Below, in pieces: positions 37,468 to 49,215 of a stretch of DNA of 64,000 nt. How positions within the stretch are numbered: position 1 is the stretch's first letter; every line of letters begins with the position of its first letter. The stretch spans positions 7,139-71,138 of the forward strand of contig CALVZC010000002.1 in the NCBI GenBank assembly GCA_944372425.1, written 5' to 3'. The translations under genes and the position numbers were made by a program. The DNA comes from an uncultured Bacilli bacterium. Its GTDB lineage: Bacteria > Bacillota_I > Bacilli_A > RF39 > UBA660. Under the pieces are notes generated by a model. It was not told where the DNA came from. It worked only from the letters and a program-made list of their open reading frames with translations, and made no database searches.

Positions 37468-40392
37468 ATGTATACACCATTATATATTAAAAGTAATTAT
37501 TCATTTTTTTCAAGTCTTGTTAAAATAGAAAATTTAATAGAAGAATGCGTAGCTAAAAATATTAAAAATATAGCTCTTTGTGATGATAACATGATTGCTA
37601 CAATGTATTTTTATAAATTATGTAAATCTAAGAATATTAAACCAATAATAGGTTTAGAAGTTACTTATTCAGATTATAAAATTTTATTATACGCTAAGAA
37701 TTATGAAGGATATCAAAACTTATTAAAAATAATAACAATTGGAAATACTATAAATATTGATACTTTTTCTTTATATAAAGATAATCTAATTGTTGTATTA
37801 CCATATGATTCATTACCAATTTTTAAAGATTTTGATAATATTACTAATTCTATATATTTAGGATTTTCTAATAAGAATGAGGAATATGAATTATTAAAAT
37901 TTTCAAGTAGACTAGTCTTTTTAAATAAAGTTTTATATCTTAATAAAAAAGAAAGTGAATATTTTAAGTATTCTATAATGTTAAAAGAAAAAAAGAATAT
38001 ATTAGATGATATATCTTTTTCAGATAATAATAATTATTTATTGTCAAATGACGAAGTTTTATCTTTAAGTAGCAATAATGGAATTGATTCAACTAATTTT
38101 ATAGCTAATTTATGTAATGTCGATTTTCCAAGTTATAGTAATTTATTGCCAGTTTATAATAATAATTTAAAAATATCTAGTGAAGATTATTTAACAAAAC
38201 TTAGTATTCAAGGTATTACGATAAGATTAAATAATGAGGTAAACGAAGTTTATAAGAAAAGATTGTTATATGAATTAGATGTTATAAAAAAGATGGGGTT
38301 TGCTAATTATTTTCTTATTGTATATGATTATGTGAAATATGCAAAAAAAAGTGGGATTTTAGTAGGACCAGGAAGAGGAAGTGCTGGAGGAAGTTTAGTA
38401 GCTTATGCATTAGGAATAATTGATGTTGATCCAATAAAATATGATTTATTGTTTGAAAGATTTTTAAATCCAGGCCGCATTACAATGCCTGATATCGATA
38501 TAGATTTTCCTGATATTTATCGTGATAGAGTAATTGACTATGTAAAAGAAAAATATGGTGAAAAAAACGTAGCTGGTATAGTAGCAATTGGAACGTTAAA
38601 AGCAAAAGCTGTTTTAGATGATGTAGCTAAAATTTTGAAAATATCTCAAGATAAAGTTGACATGTTAAAAAAATTTATAAGTCTTAATTCTAAATTACTA
38701 GAAGTTTATAATACTAACTTAGAATTTAAAAATATTATTGATAACGATGAAAGATTAAATCTTTTATTTAAAATTTCTTTATATTTTGAAGGATTTCCTA
38801 AAAATATAACAACTCATGCTTCAGGTATTATTATTTCTAGTGTTCAACTTGATTCAATAATTCCATTAATAAAACAAGATAATATGTATATAAGTTCTTA
38901 TGAAATGGGCTTTTTAGAAGAATTAGGACTATTGAAAATGGATTTTTTAGGTAATAGAAATTTAACTATTATCATGGATATTATTGAAAATATTAAAAAA
39001 TATGAAAATAGAAATATAGATTTTCTTAATATACCATTAGATGATTCAAAAACATTAAAATTATTTTATGATGTTGATACAAATGGAATTTTTCAATTTG
39101 AAAGTGATACAATGAAAAATCTTTTAAGAAGACTTAAAGTAACTTCTTTTGATGACATTGTAGCAGCTGATGCTTTAGTAAGACCTGGACCTGATACTGA
39201 TAGTTATATAGAAAGAAAAAATAATAATATCGAAGTAAAATACATCAACGATGACATAAAAAAAATACTTAGTCCAACTTATGGAGTTTTAGTATATCAA
39301 GAGCAAATCATTTTAATGGCTAATGTCATGGCAGGATTTTCTTTATCAGAAGCCGATATTTTAAGAAGAGCCATGGGAAAAAAGAAAAAGGATATTTTAA
39401 AAGTTCAAGAAGAATCTTTTATAAAAGGAGCTTTAAAAAATGGTTATGATTATAATACTGCTAAAAAGTATTATGATGATATACTAGCTTTTGCACAATA
39501 TGGATTTAATAAATCACATGCAGTTGCTTATTCAATTATTGCATATAAAATGGGATATTTAAAAATTCATTTTCCAAAATATTTTTATTTAAGCTTATTA
39601 TCGATGATTATTGGAAGTGAATATAAAACTTCAGTAATAATACGTGAGGCTAGACAAAAAGGTGTAAATTTCTTTTTGCCAGATATTAATAAAAGTACAG
39701 AGAAATATGAAATAGTTGAAGATGGTATTTTATTTCCAATTTCTAATATTCGTAGTGTTGGAATTAATACAGCAAGAGAAATTGTTAAGATTAGAGAAAA
39801 TAAACCTTTTAAAAATATTTTTGTTTGTTTAACAAAATTAGTAGAAATTGGAATAAATAAGAAATTAATAGAAATTTTTATATATGCATCAATGTTTTCT
39901 TCTTTTGGCTATAATAAGAATACTTTAATAACAAATCTTGATAATTTACTTACCTATGCTTTTATTGCTAAAGGACTTGATGATGACGAGATAGAACATC
40001 CTACTATTGAAATAAAAGAAGAATTTTCAAGAGATGTTTTAATGAGTAAAGAAAAAGAATTATTCGGTTTTTATTTAAGTTATCATCCCGTTACTAAATA
40101 TAAAGATACTTATAAAGTAATAAATTTAAATGATTTAAAAATATACTATAATAAAGTAATAGATACAATTGTGCTAGTAGAAAAGATTAAATTGCATACT
40201 GATAAAAACAATAATAAAATGGCTTTTATAAGTGGTAGTGATGAAATAGCTTCTTGCGATTATATCATTTTTTCAGAAGTGTTTAATACTATATCCAATG
40301 TAAAAAAAGGTGATATTCTTTTAGTAAGAGGACGAGTTGATAAAAAAGAAAATTTTCAAATTATTGCTCAAAAAGCAAAAATAATTGTGTAA
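37468..40392 (+). CDS. dnaE: DNA polymerase III alpha subunit DnaE
   Basis: N-terminal PHP domain. Polymerase core motifs (GPGRGSAAGS, MPDIDIDF). 975 aa. ATG 37468 after AAAGGAG. Confidence 0.9.
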   Translation: MYTPLYIKSNYSFFSSLVKIENLIEECVAKNIKNIALCDDNMIATMYFYKLCKSKNIKPIIGLEVTYSDYKILLYAKNYEGYQNLLKIITIGNTINIDTFSLYKDNLIVVLPYDSLPIFKDFDNITNSIYLGFSNKNEEYELLKFSSRLVFLNKVLYLNKKESEYFKYSIMLKEKKNILDDISFSDNNNYLLSNDEVLSLSSNNGIDSTNFIANLCNVDFPSYSNLLPVYNNNLKISSEDYLTKLSIQGITIRLNNEVNEVYKKRLLYELDVIKKMGFANYFLIVYDYVKYAKKSGILVGPGRGSAGGSLVAYALGIIDVDPIKYDLLFERFLNPGRITMPDIDIDFPDIYRDRVIDYVKEKYGEKNVAGIVAIGTLKAKAVLDDVAKILKISQDKVDMLKKFISLNSKLLEVYNTNLEFKNIIDNDERLNLLFKISLYFEGFPKNITTHASGIIISSVQLDSIIPLIKQDNMYISSYEMGFLEELGLLKMDFLGNRNLTIIMDIIENIKKYENRNIDFLNIPLDDSKTLKLFYDVDTNGIFQFESDTMKNLLRRLKVTSFDDIVAADALVRPGPDTDSYIERKNNNIEVKYINDDIKKILSPTYGVLVYQEQIILMANVMAGFSLSEADILRRAMGKKKKDILKVQEESFIKGALKNGYDYNTAKKYYDDILAFAQYGFNKSHAVAYSIIAYKMGYLKIHFPKYFYLSLLSMIIGSEYKTSVIIREARQKGVNFFLPDINKSTEKYEIVEDGILFPISNIRSVGINTAREIVKIRENKPFKNIFVCLTKLVEIGINKKLIEIFIYASMFSSFGYNKNTLITNLDNLLTYAFIAKGLDDDEIEHPTIEIKEEFSRDVLMSKEKELFGFYLSYHPVTKYKDTYKVINLNDLKIYYNKVIDTIVLVEKIKLHTDKNNNKMAFISGSDEIASCDYIIFSEVFNTISNVKKGDILLVRGRVDKKENFQIIAQKAKIIV

Positions 40393-40441
40393 TTGTTTAA
40401 TTAATATGATATATTATTTATAAAGATGGAAGGTGAAGTTT

Positions 40442-41278
40442 ATGAATGTTGAATTTGTAGTTAATGATTATTTATTGGCATGGAATTTATTATTTAAACC
40501 TTCTATTTCAGAAGATATTCAAAACTTAAAAGAACGTCTTTGGAAAAATTATTCAAAACAATATATGAAAATGGAAAAAGAAAATGTTGAAATCTTAAAG
40601 TATACTAATGATTTTATTCCAGATGATGATACAATTTATAATTTTATTTTTAATACAGATGAGTTTAAATTAGTTAAAAAGCAAACAGATAAATATCGAA
40701 GATTTTTAATGCGAATATGGGATTCTCATCAAAAAGATATTCAAAATTCTTTAAAAGAATTATTAAGATTTAAAGTAGAGAACAATTATCAAATTTTAGT
40801 TGTCCATCCTTATTTAGATAATGTAGAATATTTAAAGAAAAACCCTAAAAAAAATATTGTTTGGGGTAAAAAAGAAGATATAGAAGATGGACTTAAAGCA
40901 ATAATTAGGATATTATTTACTTTAGTAAAATATGAAATCGGCGATTATCAAAGTGTTAATAAAGAAATGGTATCAGCAATAATAGATTTATTAGTTAGCA
41001 ATGAAATATATACTAGACTTTCTGGATTTAGTAGATATGAAGAAGGATTAAAAAAATTAAGATTTTTAAAAAGACAATTGTATCCTTATTGGTTAATGTA
41101 TATGGGAGCAGATCGAGAGGAATTAGTTAGCTATATGATGCGTGATAGACTACCATTTGATATTGATAAATATCCTGTTGAAAAAGCTCTTAGAGAAGTG
41201 GATTTGTTTGGTTTTATTGATTTTTGCTGTAATAATCAAAAGCATATAATAAGATTAAATAATTTAGAAACTATATAA
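40442..41278 (+). CDS. Hypothetical protein (279 aa)
   Basis: Lies between dnaE and polC. No recognisable motif. Confidence 0.55.
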   Translation: MNVEFVVNDYLLAWNLLFKPSISEDIQNLKERLWKNYSKQYMKMEKENVEILKYTNDFIPDDDTIYNFIFNTDEFKLVKKQTDKYRRFLMRIWDSHQKDIQNSLKELLRFKVENNYQILVVHPYLDNVEYLKKNPKKNIVWGKKEDIEDGLKAIIRILFTLVKYEIGDYQSVNKEMVSAIIDLLVSNEIYTRLSGFSRYEEGLKKLRFLKRQLYPYWLMYMGADREELVSYMMRDRLPFDIDKYPVEKALREVDLFGFIDFCCNNQKHIIRLNNLETI

Positions 41279-41323
41279 GATTAAGAATTTTTCTTAATCT
41301 TATGTTTATGTGAGGTGTTAGAA

Positions 41324-44300
41324 ATGGATTTAAAATTAAGTAAAATATTAAAAAAAATAGGTATTTCTGAGAATAATTATAATGAATTTTCTAATGCCAA
41401 ATTAAGTTCTGTCAATGTTGATGATTTAAATAATGTTATTACTATTAAAATTGAAAATAATAATGATGTTTCTTATAATCTTTTTCAAGAGTTAGTTAAT
41501 AAATTTAAGACATATTTTGAAGGTACTACTATTAATCTTAGTATTATAAATAATTCTTTAAATTCTAATCATTTTAAAGAATATTTTGATAAATTTTTTA
41601 TTGAAGATAATATTATTCCTAATATTGATATATTAGTTAATAAAATTACATTTAATGGTAATGATTTATCAATAAGAGCAGTTAATGAGTTAGAAAAAAA
41701 AGATTTTGAAAAAGTTTTGGAAGAGATGAAACAATTTTTATTGAAATATGGAGTAACTTTTTCTTATAAAATTGATATTGATGATAATCTTAGAACAGAA
41801 ATAAATAATTCTATCGATTATGAATCTAAAGATATTATGAGTAAGCCATTTTCTAATTTTGAGACTAATAAGTCAAATAATTTTAACTTTCCAAAGAGGA
41901 GAAAAAAAGAAGTTGACGATAAAACAATTTTTGGCAATTTAATTAAAGAAGAAGAAGCAATTGATAAAATAGGATCTATCGTAGGTGAAAACGATAGTAT
42001 AGTTATTGAAGCTAAAGTATTTGGAATTGATGAATTTGTACCTAGTAGTAAAGCTTTTAAAATATTAACGCTTAAAGTTACTGATTATACTGATAGTATT
42101 CTTGCTAAAGTATTTATTCGTGATGATGAGGTATATGATGATGTTAAGAAAAAAACAAAACCTGGTACTTGGATTAAATTAAGAGGAAGTACAAAATTTG
42201 ATCAGTATGCTGGTGATGAACTTGTTTTAAATGTCTATGATATATATGAATCTAATAAAAAAGATACTAAACTAGTTGATGATAGTAAAGTCAAAAGAGT
42301 AGAACTTCATGCTCATACTATGATGAGTCAAATGGATGGTGTTACTAAATTAGACTTAGATAAACATACTTGTGAGCTAGTAAGTAATGCTATAGAGATG
42401 GGATATAGAGGAGTAGCTATAACTGATCATTCGGGATGTCAAGCATTTCCTATCGCTTTTGAACTTATTACATCTTACAATAAAGGACTTATAAAAAAAT
42501 TAAAAGTTAAAAAAGAAGAATTAGAAAAAAAATTAGAAACAGAAAATGATACGGAAAAACCACTTATTTTAAAAGAATTGGAAGAAGCTACTGAAGAATT
42601 AAAAAATCCTCCTAAATTTAAAGGATTATATGGAACTGAACTTGTTTTAGTAGATGATACTGTAAATATAGTAATAAGACCTACTGATGATGAACTATTA
42701 GATAGTACTTATGTTGTTTTTGATACTGAAACTACTGGTTTTAATGCTGCTGGTGGCGATCAAATGATTGAAATTGGTGGAGTTAAAATAAAAAATGGTG
42801 AAGTAATAGATCGTTTTGATGAACTTATTAACCCAAATCGTCATATTCCAGATAAAATTACAAAATTAACGAATATAAGTGATGAAATGGTTAAAGATTG
42901 TGACAATGAAGAAAATGTCACAAAACGTTTTTTAGAATGGACTGGAAATTTGCCAATGGTTGCTCATAATGCTAAGTTTGATATATCATTTATAGAAATG
43001 GCAATGAAAAAATATAATTTAGGAACATTTAAAAATACTGTTATTGATACTTTAGAATTATCTAGAACTTTGGATCAAGGATTTGCAAGACATAGTTTAT
43101 CAGCCTTAGTTAATAGATATAATGTTGAATTTGATGAAGAAGGACATCATAGAGCAGATTACGACTCTGAGGGTACTGCAAAAGTTTTTCATAAAATGAT
43201 GCAAAAACTTATTAATCAAAATTATAGAAAAATTAGTGATCTAGATAAATTAATTTCTAAAGATGAAATTCATAAATTCGGTAGAACATTTCATTTCAAT
43301 GCCATAGCACTTAATAAAAAAGGTTTAAAAAATTTATTTAAAATAATTTCTTTGGCTAATACTACTTATCTTTTTAAAACTCCAAGAATTTTAAGAAGTA
43401 AGCTTGAAGAATTAAGAGAAGGTTTATTGATTGGAAGTGGATGTTATAATTCAGAAGTATTTATAGAAGCAAGAAGCAAAGAAGGACAAGAACTTACTAA
43501 CATAATTAATTTTTATGATTATGTTGAAGTTCAACCTTTAGAAGTATATAATCATTTAATTCAAACTAGTGATTTTAAAGATGAAGAAGAATTAAAAGAA
43601 CATATTAAGAAAATAATTAGTGCTGTTAGTGAAGCTGGAAAAATAATTGTAGCTACAGGAGATGTTCACCATTTTTATAAAGATGATAAAATATATAGAG
43701 AAATAATTATTAATCAAAAAGTTCCAGGTGGTGGAAGACATCCTTTGTCTAAAAAAGAAATAACTAATATTCCATCTCAGCATTTTAGAACAACTAATGA
43801 AATGCTTGAAGATTTTTCATTTTTAGATAAAGAACTGGCTTATAAAATAGTTGTTGAAAATACTAATAAAATTTTAGACATGGCAGAAGAAATTGAAGTT
43901 ATAATTGATACTGGTGGAATACCTTTTTCGCCAAGAGTAAAAAGTGATGATGGTAAAAGTTATCTTGACTGTCCACAAGTGGTAACAGATCTTGTATTTG
44001 AAAAAGCATCAAAATGGTATGGAGAAGTTTTACCATTTAATATAGAAGAAAGAATTGCCAAGGAATTATATGGTGATATTGTTTATAATTGTTTTAATAG
44101 ACAAGTAAAAGAAGAAATGCCACAATTAGAAGGAAAAGATTTTGATAGTGAGGTATTTAAAAGAATTCATAATACTGTGTCAAAAGGATTTGAAGAAGTA
44201 AAAAGTGTATTAATCCCATTTATAAAAGAGAATTGGACTGAAGAAGATGGAGAACCAACAGATGATGCTATCAAGAAAAAGTTAAAGAAAGAACTTGGTG

Positions 44301-46273
44301 GTATTATTGGTGGGGGATTTGATCCTATTTATCTTATTGCCCAACGTTTAGTTAAGCATTCTAATGATGAAGGTTATTTAGTTGGTTCACGTGGTTCAGT
44401 AGGATCTAGTTTTGTAGCTACTTTAATGGGAATTACAGAAGTTAATCCACTTCCAGCACATTATAGATGCACTAAATGTAAACTTAGTTTGTTTAATGAT
44501 GAAGATGGAAATGCTCTTGGTGCTAAATATTCATCAGGATTTGATTTACCAGATAAAGCTTGTCCTAATTGTAATATACCATTATATAAAGATGGTCAGG
44601 ATATGCCATTTGCAACTTTTTTAGGATTTAATGCTGATAAAGTACCAGATATTGATTTAAACTTTTCAGACCTTAATCAAGCATCAGCTCATGAATATAC
44701 TAAAGTTTTATTTGGAATAGATAATGTTTATCGTGCAGGAACAATTGGAACAGTAGCAGATAAAACAGCCTATGGTTTTGTTTTAGGATACTTTGAAGAT
44801 AAAATAATGGAATTAATAACAGAAGTTAGTAAATCATTAGATAAACCATTTGAGGAATTATTATCTATTGATAAAAAAGAAAAAGTATTTAAAATAGCAA
44901 AAAAATTCTTGCTTTTACAAGAAAGTATAAAAAAAGAATTATCTGGTGATATTTTATTAAAATTTGATAATATCGTGCAAAAGATTAAAGAATATTCTAA
45001 TGTTAGAAGTGCTGAAATAGAGAGAATTTCCCTAGGCTGTATAGGTGTAAAAAGAACAACAGGACAACATCCTGGGGGAATAGTTGTAGTCCCAGATTAC
45101 ATGGAAATATCAGATTTTACTCCTTATCAATATCCAGCAGATGATCCAAATAATGCATGGCGTACTACTCATTTTTCATATCATGCAATCGATCAAGATT
45201 TATTAAAATTAGATATTCTAGGACATTCTGATCCTACACAATTGCGAATGATTCAAGACTTAACTAAAACAGATATTTTGAAAGTACCGCTTGATGACAA
45301 AGAAACAATGAGTATTTTTACTTCGACTAAAGTTCTAGGAGTAACAAATGAACAAATTTTGTGTGAAACGGGTACGTTAGGAATTCCAGAGTTTGGAACA
45401 CCGTTTACAATAGGAATGGTTGCAGAAACAAAACCTAAAACTTTTGCCGAATTAGTAAAAATATCAGGACTTTCTCACGGTACTGATGTATGGCTTGGTA
45501 ACGCTCAAGAATTAATAAAAAATAATGTTGTACCGTTTAGTGAAGTAATCGGATGTCGTGATGATATCATGGTTTATTTAATGTATCATGGTGTAGTACC
45601 AATAAAAGCCTTTAAAATAATGGAATTTGTACGTAAAGGAAAGGCAAGCAAAGATCCAGAAACATGGAAAATTCATAAAGAAACAATGAAAGAAGCAGGA
45701 ATAGAGGAGTGGTTTATAGATTCTTGTGAAAAAATTAAATATATGTTCCCTAAAGCTCATGCTGCAGCATATGTTATAAGTGCTTTTAGAATAGCATGGT
45801 ATAAAGTACATATGCCAGTATACTTTTATGCATCATGGCTTACATCGAAAGCAACAGATGTTGATGTTGAAGTTATGATGCGTGGCTATGATGCTATAAG
45901 AGAAAAAATAATAGAAATTCAAAGTAAAGGTTATGATGCTTCAAATAAAGAAATGGGACAATTAGAAAGCCTAAAAGTTTGCTTAGAAGCTACAGCACGT
46001 GGAATAAAATTTGTTCCAATTGAACTAGATAAGAGTGAAGCTACTACTTGGGGTGTAAAAAGTGAAAATGAAATTTATCCTCCATTTTCATCAATTGATG
46101 GATTAGGAGATACAGTAGCAAATGCAATAGTTATTGAAAGAGAAAAAAGAAACTTTACTAGTATTGAAGATTTACAAAAACGTGCTAAAATTTCTCAAAC
46201 ATTATTGGAAAAAATGCGTCGAATGAAAATATTAAATAATCTTGATGAATCAGATCAATTAACATTATTTTGA
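41324..46273 (+). CDS. polC: DNA polymerase III PolC-type (Gram-positive replicative polymerase)
   Basis: Internal DEDDh exonuclease domain (VVFDTETTG ... HRADYD), PHP domain and polymerase core. About 1650 aa, with an N-terminal region longer than typical PolC. Confidence 0.95.
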   Translation: MDLKLSKILKKIGISENNYNEFSNAKLSSVNVDDLNNVITIKIENNNDVSYNLFQELVNKFKTYFEGTTINLSIINNSLNSNHFKEYFDKFFIEDNIIPNIDILVNKITFNGNDLSIRAVNELEKKDFEKVLEEMKQFLLKYGVTFSYKIDIDDNLRTEINNSIDYESKDIMSKPFSNFETNKSNNFNFPKRRKKEVDDKTIFGNLIKEEEAIDKIGSIVGENDSIVIEAKVFGIDEFVPSSKAFKILTLKVTDYTDSILAKVFIRDDEVYDDVKKKTKPGTWIKLRGSTKFDQYAGDELVLNVYDIYESNKKDTKLVDDSKVKRVELHAHTMMSQMDGVTKLDLDKHTCELVSNAIEMGYRGVAITDHSGCQAFPIAFELITSYNKGLIKKLKVKKEELEKKLETENDTEKPLILKELEEATEELKNPPKFKGLYGTELVLVDDTVNIVIRPTDDELLDSTYVVFDTETTGFNAAGGDQMIEIGGVKIKNGEVIDRFDELINPNRHIPDKITKLTNISDEMVKDCDNEENVTKRFLEWTGNLPMVAHNAKFDISFIEMAMKKYNLGTFKNTVIDTLELSRTLDQGFARHSLSALVNRYNVEFDEEGHHRADYDSEGTAKVFHKMMQKLINQNYRKISDLDKLISKDEIHKFGRTFHFNAIALNKKGLKNLFKIISLANTTYLFKTPRILRSKLEELREGLLIGSGCYNSEVFIEARSKEGQELTNIINFYDYVEVQPLEVYNHLIQTSDFKDEEELKEHIKKIISAVSEAGKIIVATGDVHHFYKDDKIYREIIINQKVPGGGRHPLSKKEITNIPSQHFRTTNEMLEDFSFLDKELAYKIVVENTNKILDMAEEIEVIIDTGGIPFSPRVKSDDGKSYLDCPQVVTDLVFEKASKWYGEVLPFNIEERIAKELYGDIVYNCFNRQVKEEMPQLEGKDFDSEVFKRIHNTVSKGFEEVKSVLIPFIKENWTEEDGEPTDDAIKKKLKKELGGIIGGGFDPIYLIAQRLVKHSNDEGYLVGSRGSVGSSFVATLMGITEVNPLPAHYRCTKCKLSLFNDEDGNALGAKYSSGFDLPDKACPNCNIPLYKDGQDMPFATFLGFNADKVPDIDLNFSDLNQASAHEYTKVLFGIDNVYRAGTIGTVADKTAYGFVLGYFEDKIMELITEVSKSLDKPFEELLSIDKKEKVFKIAKKFLLLQESIKKELSGDILLKFDNIVQKIKEYSNVRSAEIERISLGCIGVKRTTGQHPGGIVVVPDYMEISDFTPYQYPADDPNNAWRTTHFSYHAIDQDLLKLDILGHSDPTQLRMIQDLTKTDILKVPLDDKETMSIFTSTKVLGVTNEQILCETGTLGIPEFGTPFTIGMVAETKPKTFAELVKISGLSHGTDVWLGNAQELIKNNVVPFSEVIGCRDDIMVYLMYHGVVPIKAFKIMEFVRKGKASKDPETWKIHKETMKEAGIEEWFIDSCEKIKYMFPKAHAAAYVISAFRIAWYKVHMPVYFYASWLTSKATDVDVEVMMRGYDAIREKIIEIQSKGYDASNKEMGQLESLKVCLEATARGIKFVPIELDKSEATTWGVKSENEIYPPFSSIDGLGDTVANAIVIEREKRNFTSIEDLQKRAKISQTLLEKMRRMKILNNLDESDQLTLF

Positions 46274-46283
46274 TTTTGTAATT

Positions 46284-46311
46284 AGGCTCATGTTATTCAT
46301 GAGTCTTTTTA
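46284..46311. terminator. Bidirectional terminator between polC and the convergent P-type ATPase
   Basis: ggctcatg-ttatt-catgagtc hairpin followed by ttttt. Confidence 0.6.
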
Positions 46312-48915
46312 TACACCACCAATTATTCCTTTTTTTCTTAAATATAATTTTCTCAAAAAATCAACAGGAATTACTGTCGCAGCCATTAAAATCATTATTT
46401 GGAATTCTTTAAAATTGAGACCTATAGTTCTAAATAAATTACCTCCAAAATAAATTAATATAATTTGAATAATAGCAATTATTATTACTATTGTTAAAAA
46501 TATTTTATTTTTTAATATGTTAGAAAATAAATTTAATCTGTGAGTTCTAGCATTAAAACTGTTAAATATATCAATAAATATAAATAATCCAAAAAATGCT
46601 GACATTAAATATTTTGTGTTATTACGATATAGACTTATAAATATTGGTAGTTTTAAAAATAATATACATAGTATAAAAGAATAAAAACCAGTAAAAAATA
46701 TTTCTCCAAACATATATCTATTTATAATAGATTCATTCTTTTTCTTTGGCGGTTCGGTCATATATTCTAAAAGAGGTGGTTCAAAAGCAAAAGCTAATCC
46801 TGTTAGTGTATCCATTACCATATTTATCCATAGCATTTGAATTACTGTAACTGGAGTATCAATTCCAATAAATGAGCCAACAAATGATAGACCAATTGCT
46901 GATAAATTAATTGTTAATTGGCATATAACGAATTTTCTTATACTTTTAAATATTGTTCTCCCATATAAAACGGCCTTAGAAATAGATAAAAAGTTATCAT
47001 CTAAAATGACAATATCAGCAGCTTCTTTAGCTACTTCAGTACCACTACCCATTGCAAATCCGACATCAGCACTTTTTAAAGCTGGAGAATCATTTACACC
47101 ATCGCCAGTCATACCTACAACTAGATCTATACTTCTAGCAATTTTTACTAATCTTGTTTTATCAGATGGAAGACTTCTTGCAACAATTTTTAAATTTGGT
47201 AATATTTTTATTACTTCTGAGTCGGACATTTTGTTTAATTCATTTGATGTTATTACTATATCTTTATTACTGGATAAAAGTTTTAAATCTTTTCCAATAG
47301 CAATAGCTGTATCTTTGTTATCTCCAGTAATCATTACAGTTTGAATACCAGCTTTTTTTACTAAATTTAGACCTTCTATAGCTTCTTTTCTAATATCATC
47401 TTTAATGCTTACTATTGCAACTAAAGTTAAATTTCGAAAACATTCTCTATATGGATCTCCAGTTGCCAAGATAATTACCCGTATTCCTTTTTTTGTAGTA
47501 TCTTCAATATATTTTTCAATTTTTTCTTTATTATATAGTTTTTCTTTGTTTCCATTTGAATTATAGCAATAATTACAAAAGGGAAGAATTATTTCCGTTG
47601 CTCCTTTAATTAATTTAATTTTTCCATTATAATCAATTATTGTAGACGAATATTTTTTTTTACTATCAAATTGTTCTGTTTTAATTATTTTAATATTTTT
47701 ATTTCGATTAGTATGAATAAAAGAGAAAAGAGCTCTATCTGTTATATTTCCACCAACTACTTTGTTATTGTCCCAAAAACTATCTGTGTTATTAAGAATA
47801 CTTGTACTAAAAATGTTATAAAATTTAGGATTCTTTATTATATCTATTTCATTATTGTATTTGTTTAATAATCCATCAGCAACTTCGACAACTTCAAGTT
47901 TACCTTTGGTAAGGGTACCAGTCTTATCAGTAAATAAAATATTTATATTTCCAGCAGTTTCAATACCGACTAATTTTCTAACAAGTACATTATTTTTTAG
48001 CATTCTTTTCATATTTGATGATAATACTAAAGTAATCATCATAGGGAGTCCTTCTGGAACAGCAACTACTATTATAGTTACAGAAAGAGTAAGTGCATAC
48101 AAAATGTAATCAGCCATTAAAGGAAAATTATATATTGTTTCTTTTATTAATTGATAATCAAAATTATTTTTTATAACTATTACTGAAAATAAATATGAAA
48201 GAGATACTAAGATTGCTCCAACATATCCTATTTTACTTATTGTAAATGCTAAAGAACGAAGTCTAATCTTTAAAGGACTTTCTGGTGCATCTTCAGAAAG
48301 TTCTAAATTCATCTTTCCATATATAGTATTATTGCCGACAGAAGTAACTTTCATTATTGCTTTTTTTGCATAAACAGTTGTTCCTCTATATACTTTATTA
48401 TTATCAGTAATTTCATTTTCAATTGCTATTTTTTCTTTTTCCTTAGATTCCCCATTAAGTGTGGATTCATCAACTGCTATTTCACCTTCAATAATAATAC
48501 CATCTGCTGGTACTTTGTCGCCAGATTCTAATATTACAATGTCTTCATTAACAATTTCTTCAATTGGAATAAGTATAATTTTTCCATTTCTCATTACTTT
48601 GCTTTTTATTTTAGAGGCTTCTTCTTGTAATGATTTAAAAGCTTTTTCACTTCCATATTCAGAAATGGAAGATATAAAAGAAGTGATTAGTATTGCTATT
48701 AATATACCAATGGTTTCATACCAATCAAAATCTTTAATTAGAAATACTATTTTTATTATTAACGCAATTAATAAAATCTTTATTATTGGGTCTCCTAATG
48801 ATTCTATAAATAAGTGCCAAAAACTGTTAGATTTAATTTCTTTTAATGAGTTATTTCCATACTTATGTCGATTTTGCAATACTTCTTCGTCTGTTAGCCC
48901 TTTAAGATTCTTCAT
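46309..48915 (-). CDS. Cation (Ca2+-type) transporting P-type ATPase
   Basis: DKTGTLT phosphorylation motif, and MITGDN and GDGVNDSPALKSADVGFAMG. 10 TM helices. RBS AGGAGG. Confidence 0.9.
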   Translation of the reverse strand: MKNLKGLTDEEVLQNRHKYGNNSLKEIKSNSFWHLFIESLGDPIIKILLIALIIKIVFLIKDFDWYETIGILIAILITSFISSISEYGSEKAFKSLQEEASKIKSKVMRNGKIILIPIEEIVNEDIVILESGDKVPADGIIIEGEIAVDESTLNGESKEKEKIAIENEITDNNKVYRGTTVYAKKAIMKVTSVGNNTIYGKMNLELSEDAPESPLKIRLRSLAFTISKIGYVGAILVSLSYLFSVIVIKNNFDYQLIKETIYNFPLMADYILYALTLSVTIIVVAVPEGLPMMITLVLSSNMKRMLKNNVLVRKLVGIETAGNINILFTDKTGTLTKGKLEVVEVADGLLNKYNNEIDIIKNPKFYNIFSTSILNNTDSFWDNNKVVGGNITDRALFSFIHTNRNKNIKIIKTEQFDSKKKYSSTIIDYNGKIKLIKGATEIILPFCNYCYNSNGNKEKLYNKEKIEKYIEDTTKKGIRVIILATGDPYRECFRNLTLVAIVSIKDDIRKEAIEGLNLVKKAGIQTVMITGDNKDTAIAIGKDLKLLSSNKDIVITSNELNKMSDSEVIKILPNLKIVARSLPSDKTRLVKIARSIDLVVGMTGDGVNDSPALKSADVGFAMGSGTEVAKEAADIVILDDNFLSISKAVLYGRTIFKSIRKFVICQLTINLSAIGLSFVGSFIGIDTPVTVIQMLWINMVMDTLTGLAFAFEPPLLEYMTEPPKKKNESIINRYMFGEIFFTGFYSFILCILFLKLPIFISLYRNNTKYLMSAFFGLFIFIDIFNSFNARTHRLNLFSNILKNKIFLTIVIIIAIIQIILIYFGGNLFRTIGLNFKEFQIMILMAATVIPVDFLRKLYLRKKGIIGGV

Positions 48916-49215
48916 AATATCCTCCTATATAATTTTATGGTTATATAGGTTATGTTATTAAAAAAAAATAGTTTGTTTTTCGACAAAAAAACTAATATTT
49001 TGCTAATAAAAAAATTTCTTTAAAAATGAATGTTGTAATGAATTTGTTTAATTTTAAAATGTATAATATAATGTAACAAATAATAAAAAAAATTTTAAAT
49101 ATTATATTTGTATATGTGATAATTTTTAATGTCCTTATATTTTTATAAAGATATTTACATGGTATATAGAATTGATGTATAATAAAGGAGTTATTGAAAG
49201 TGTGGGATTGTATAT

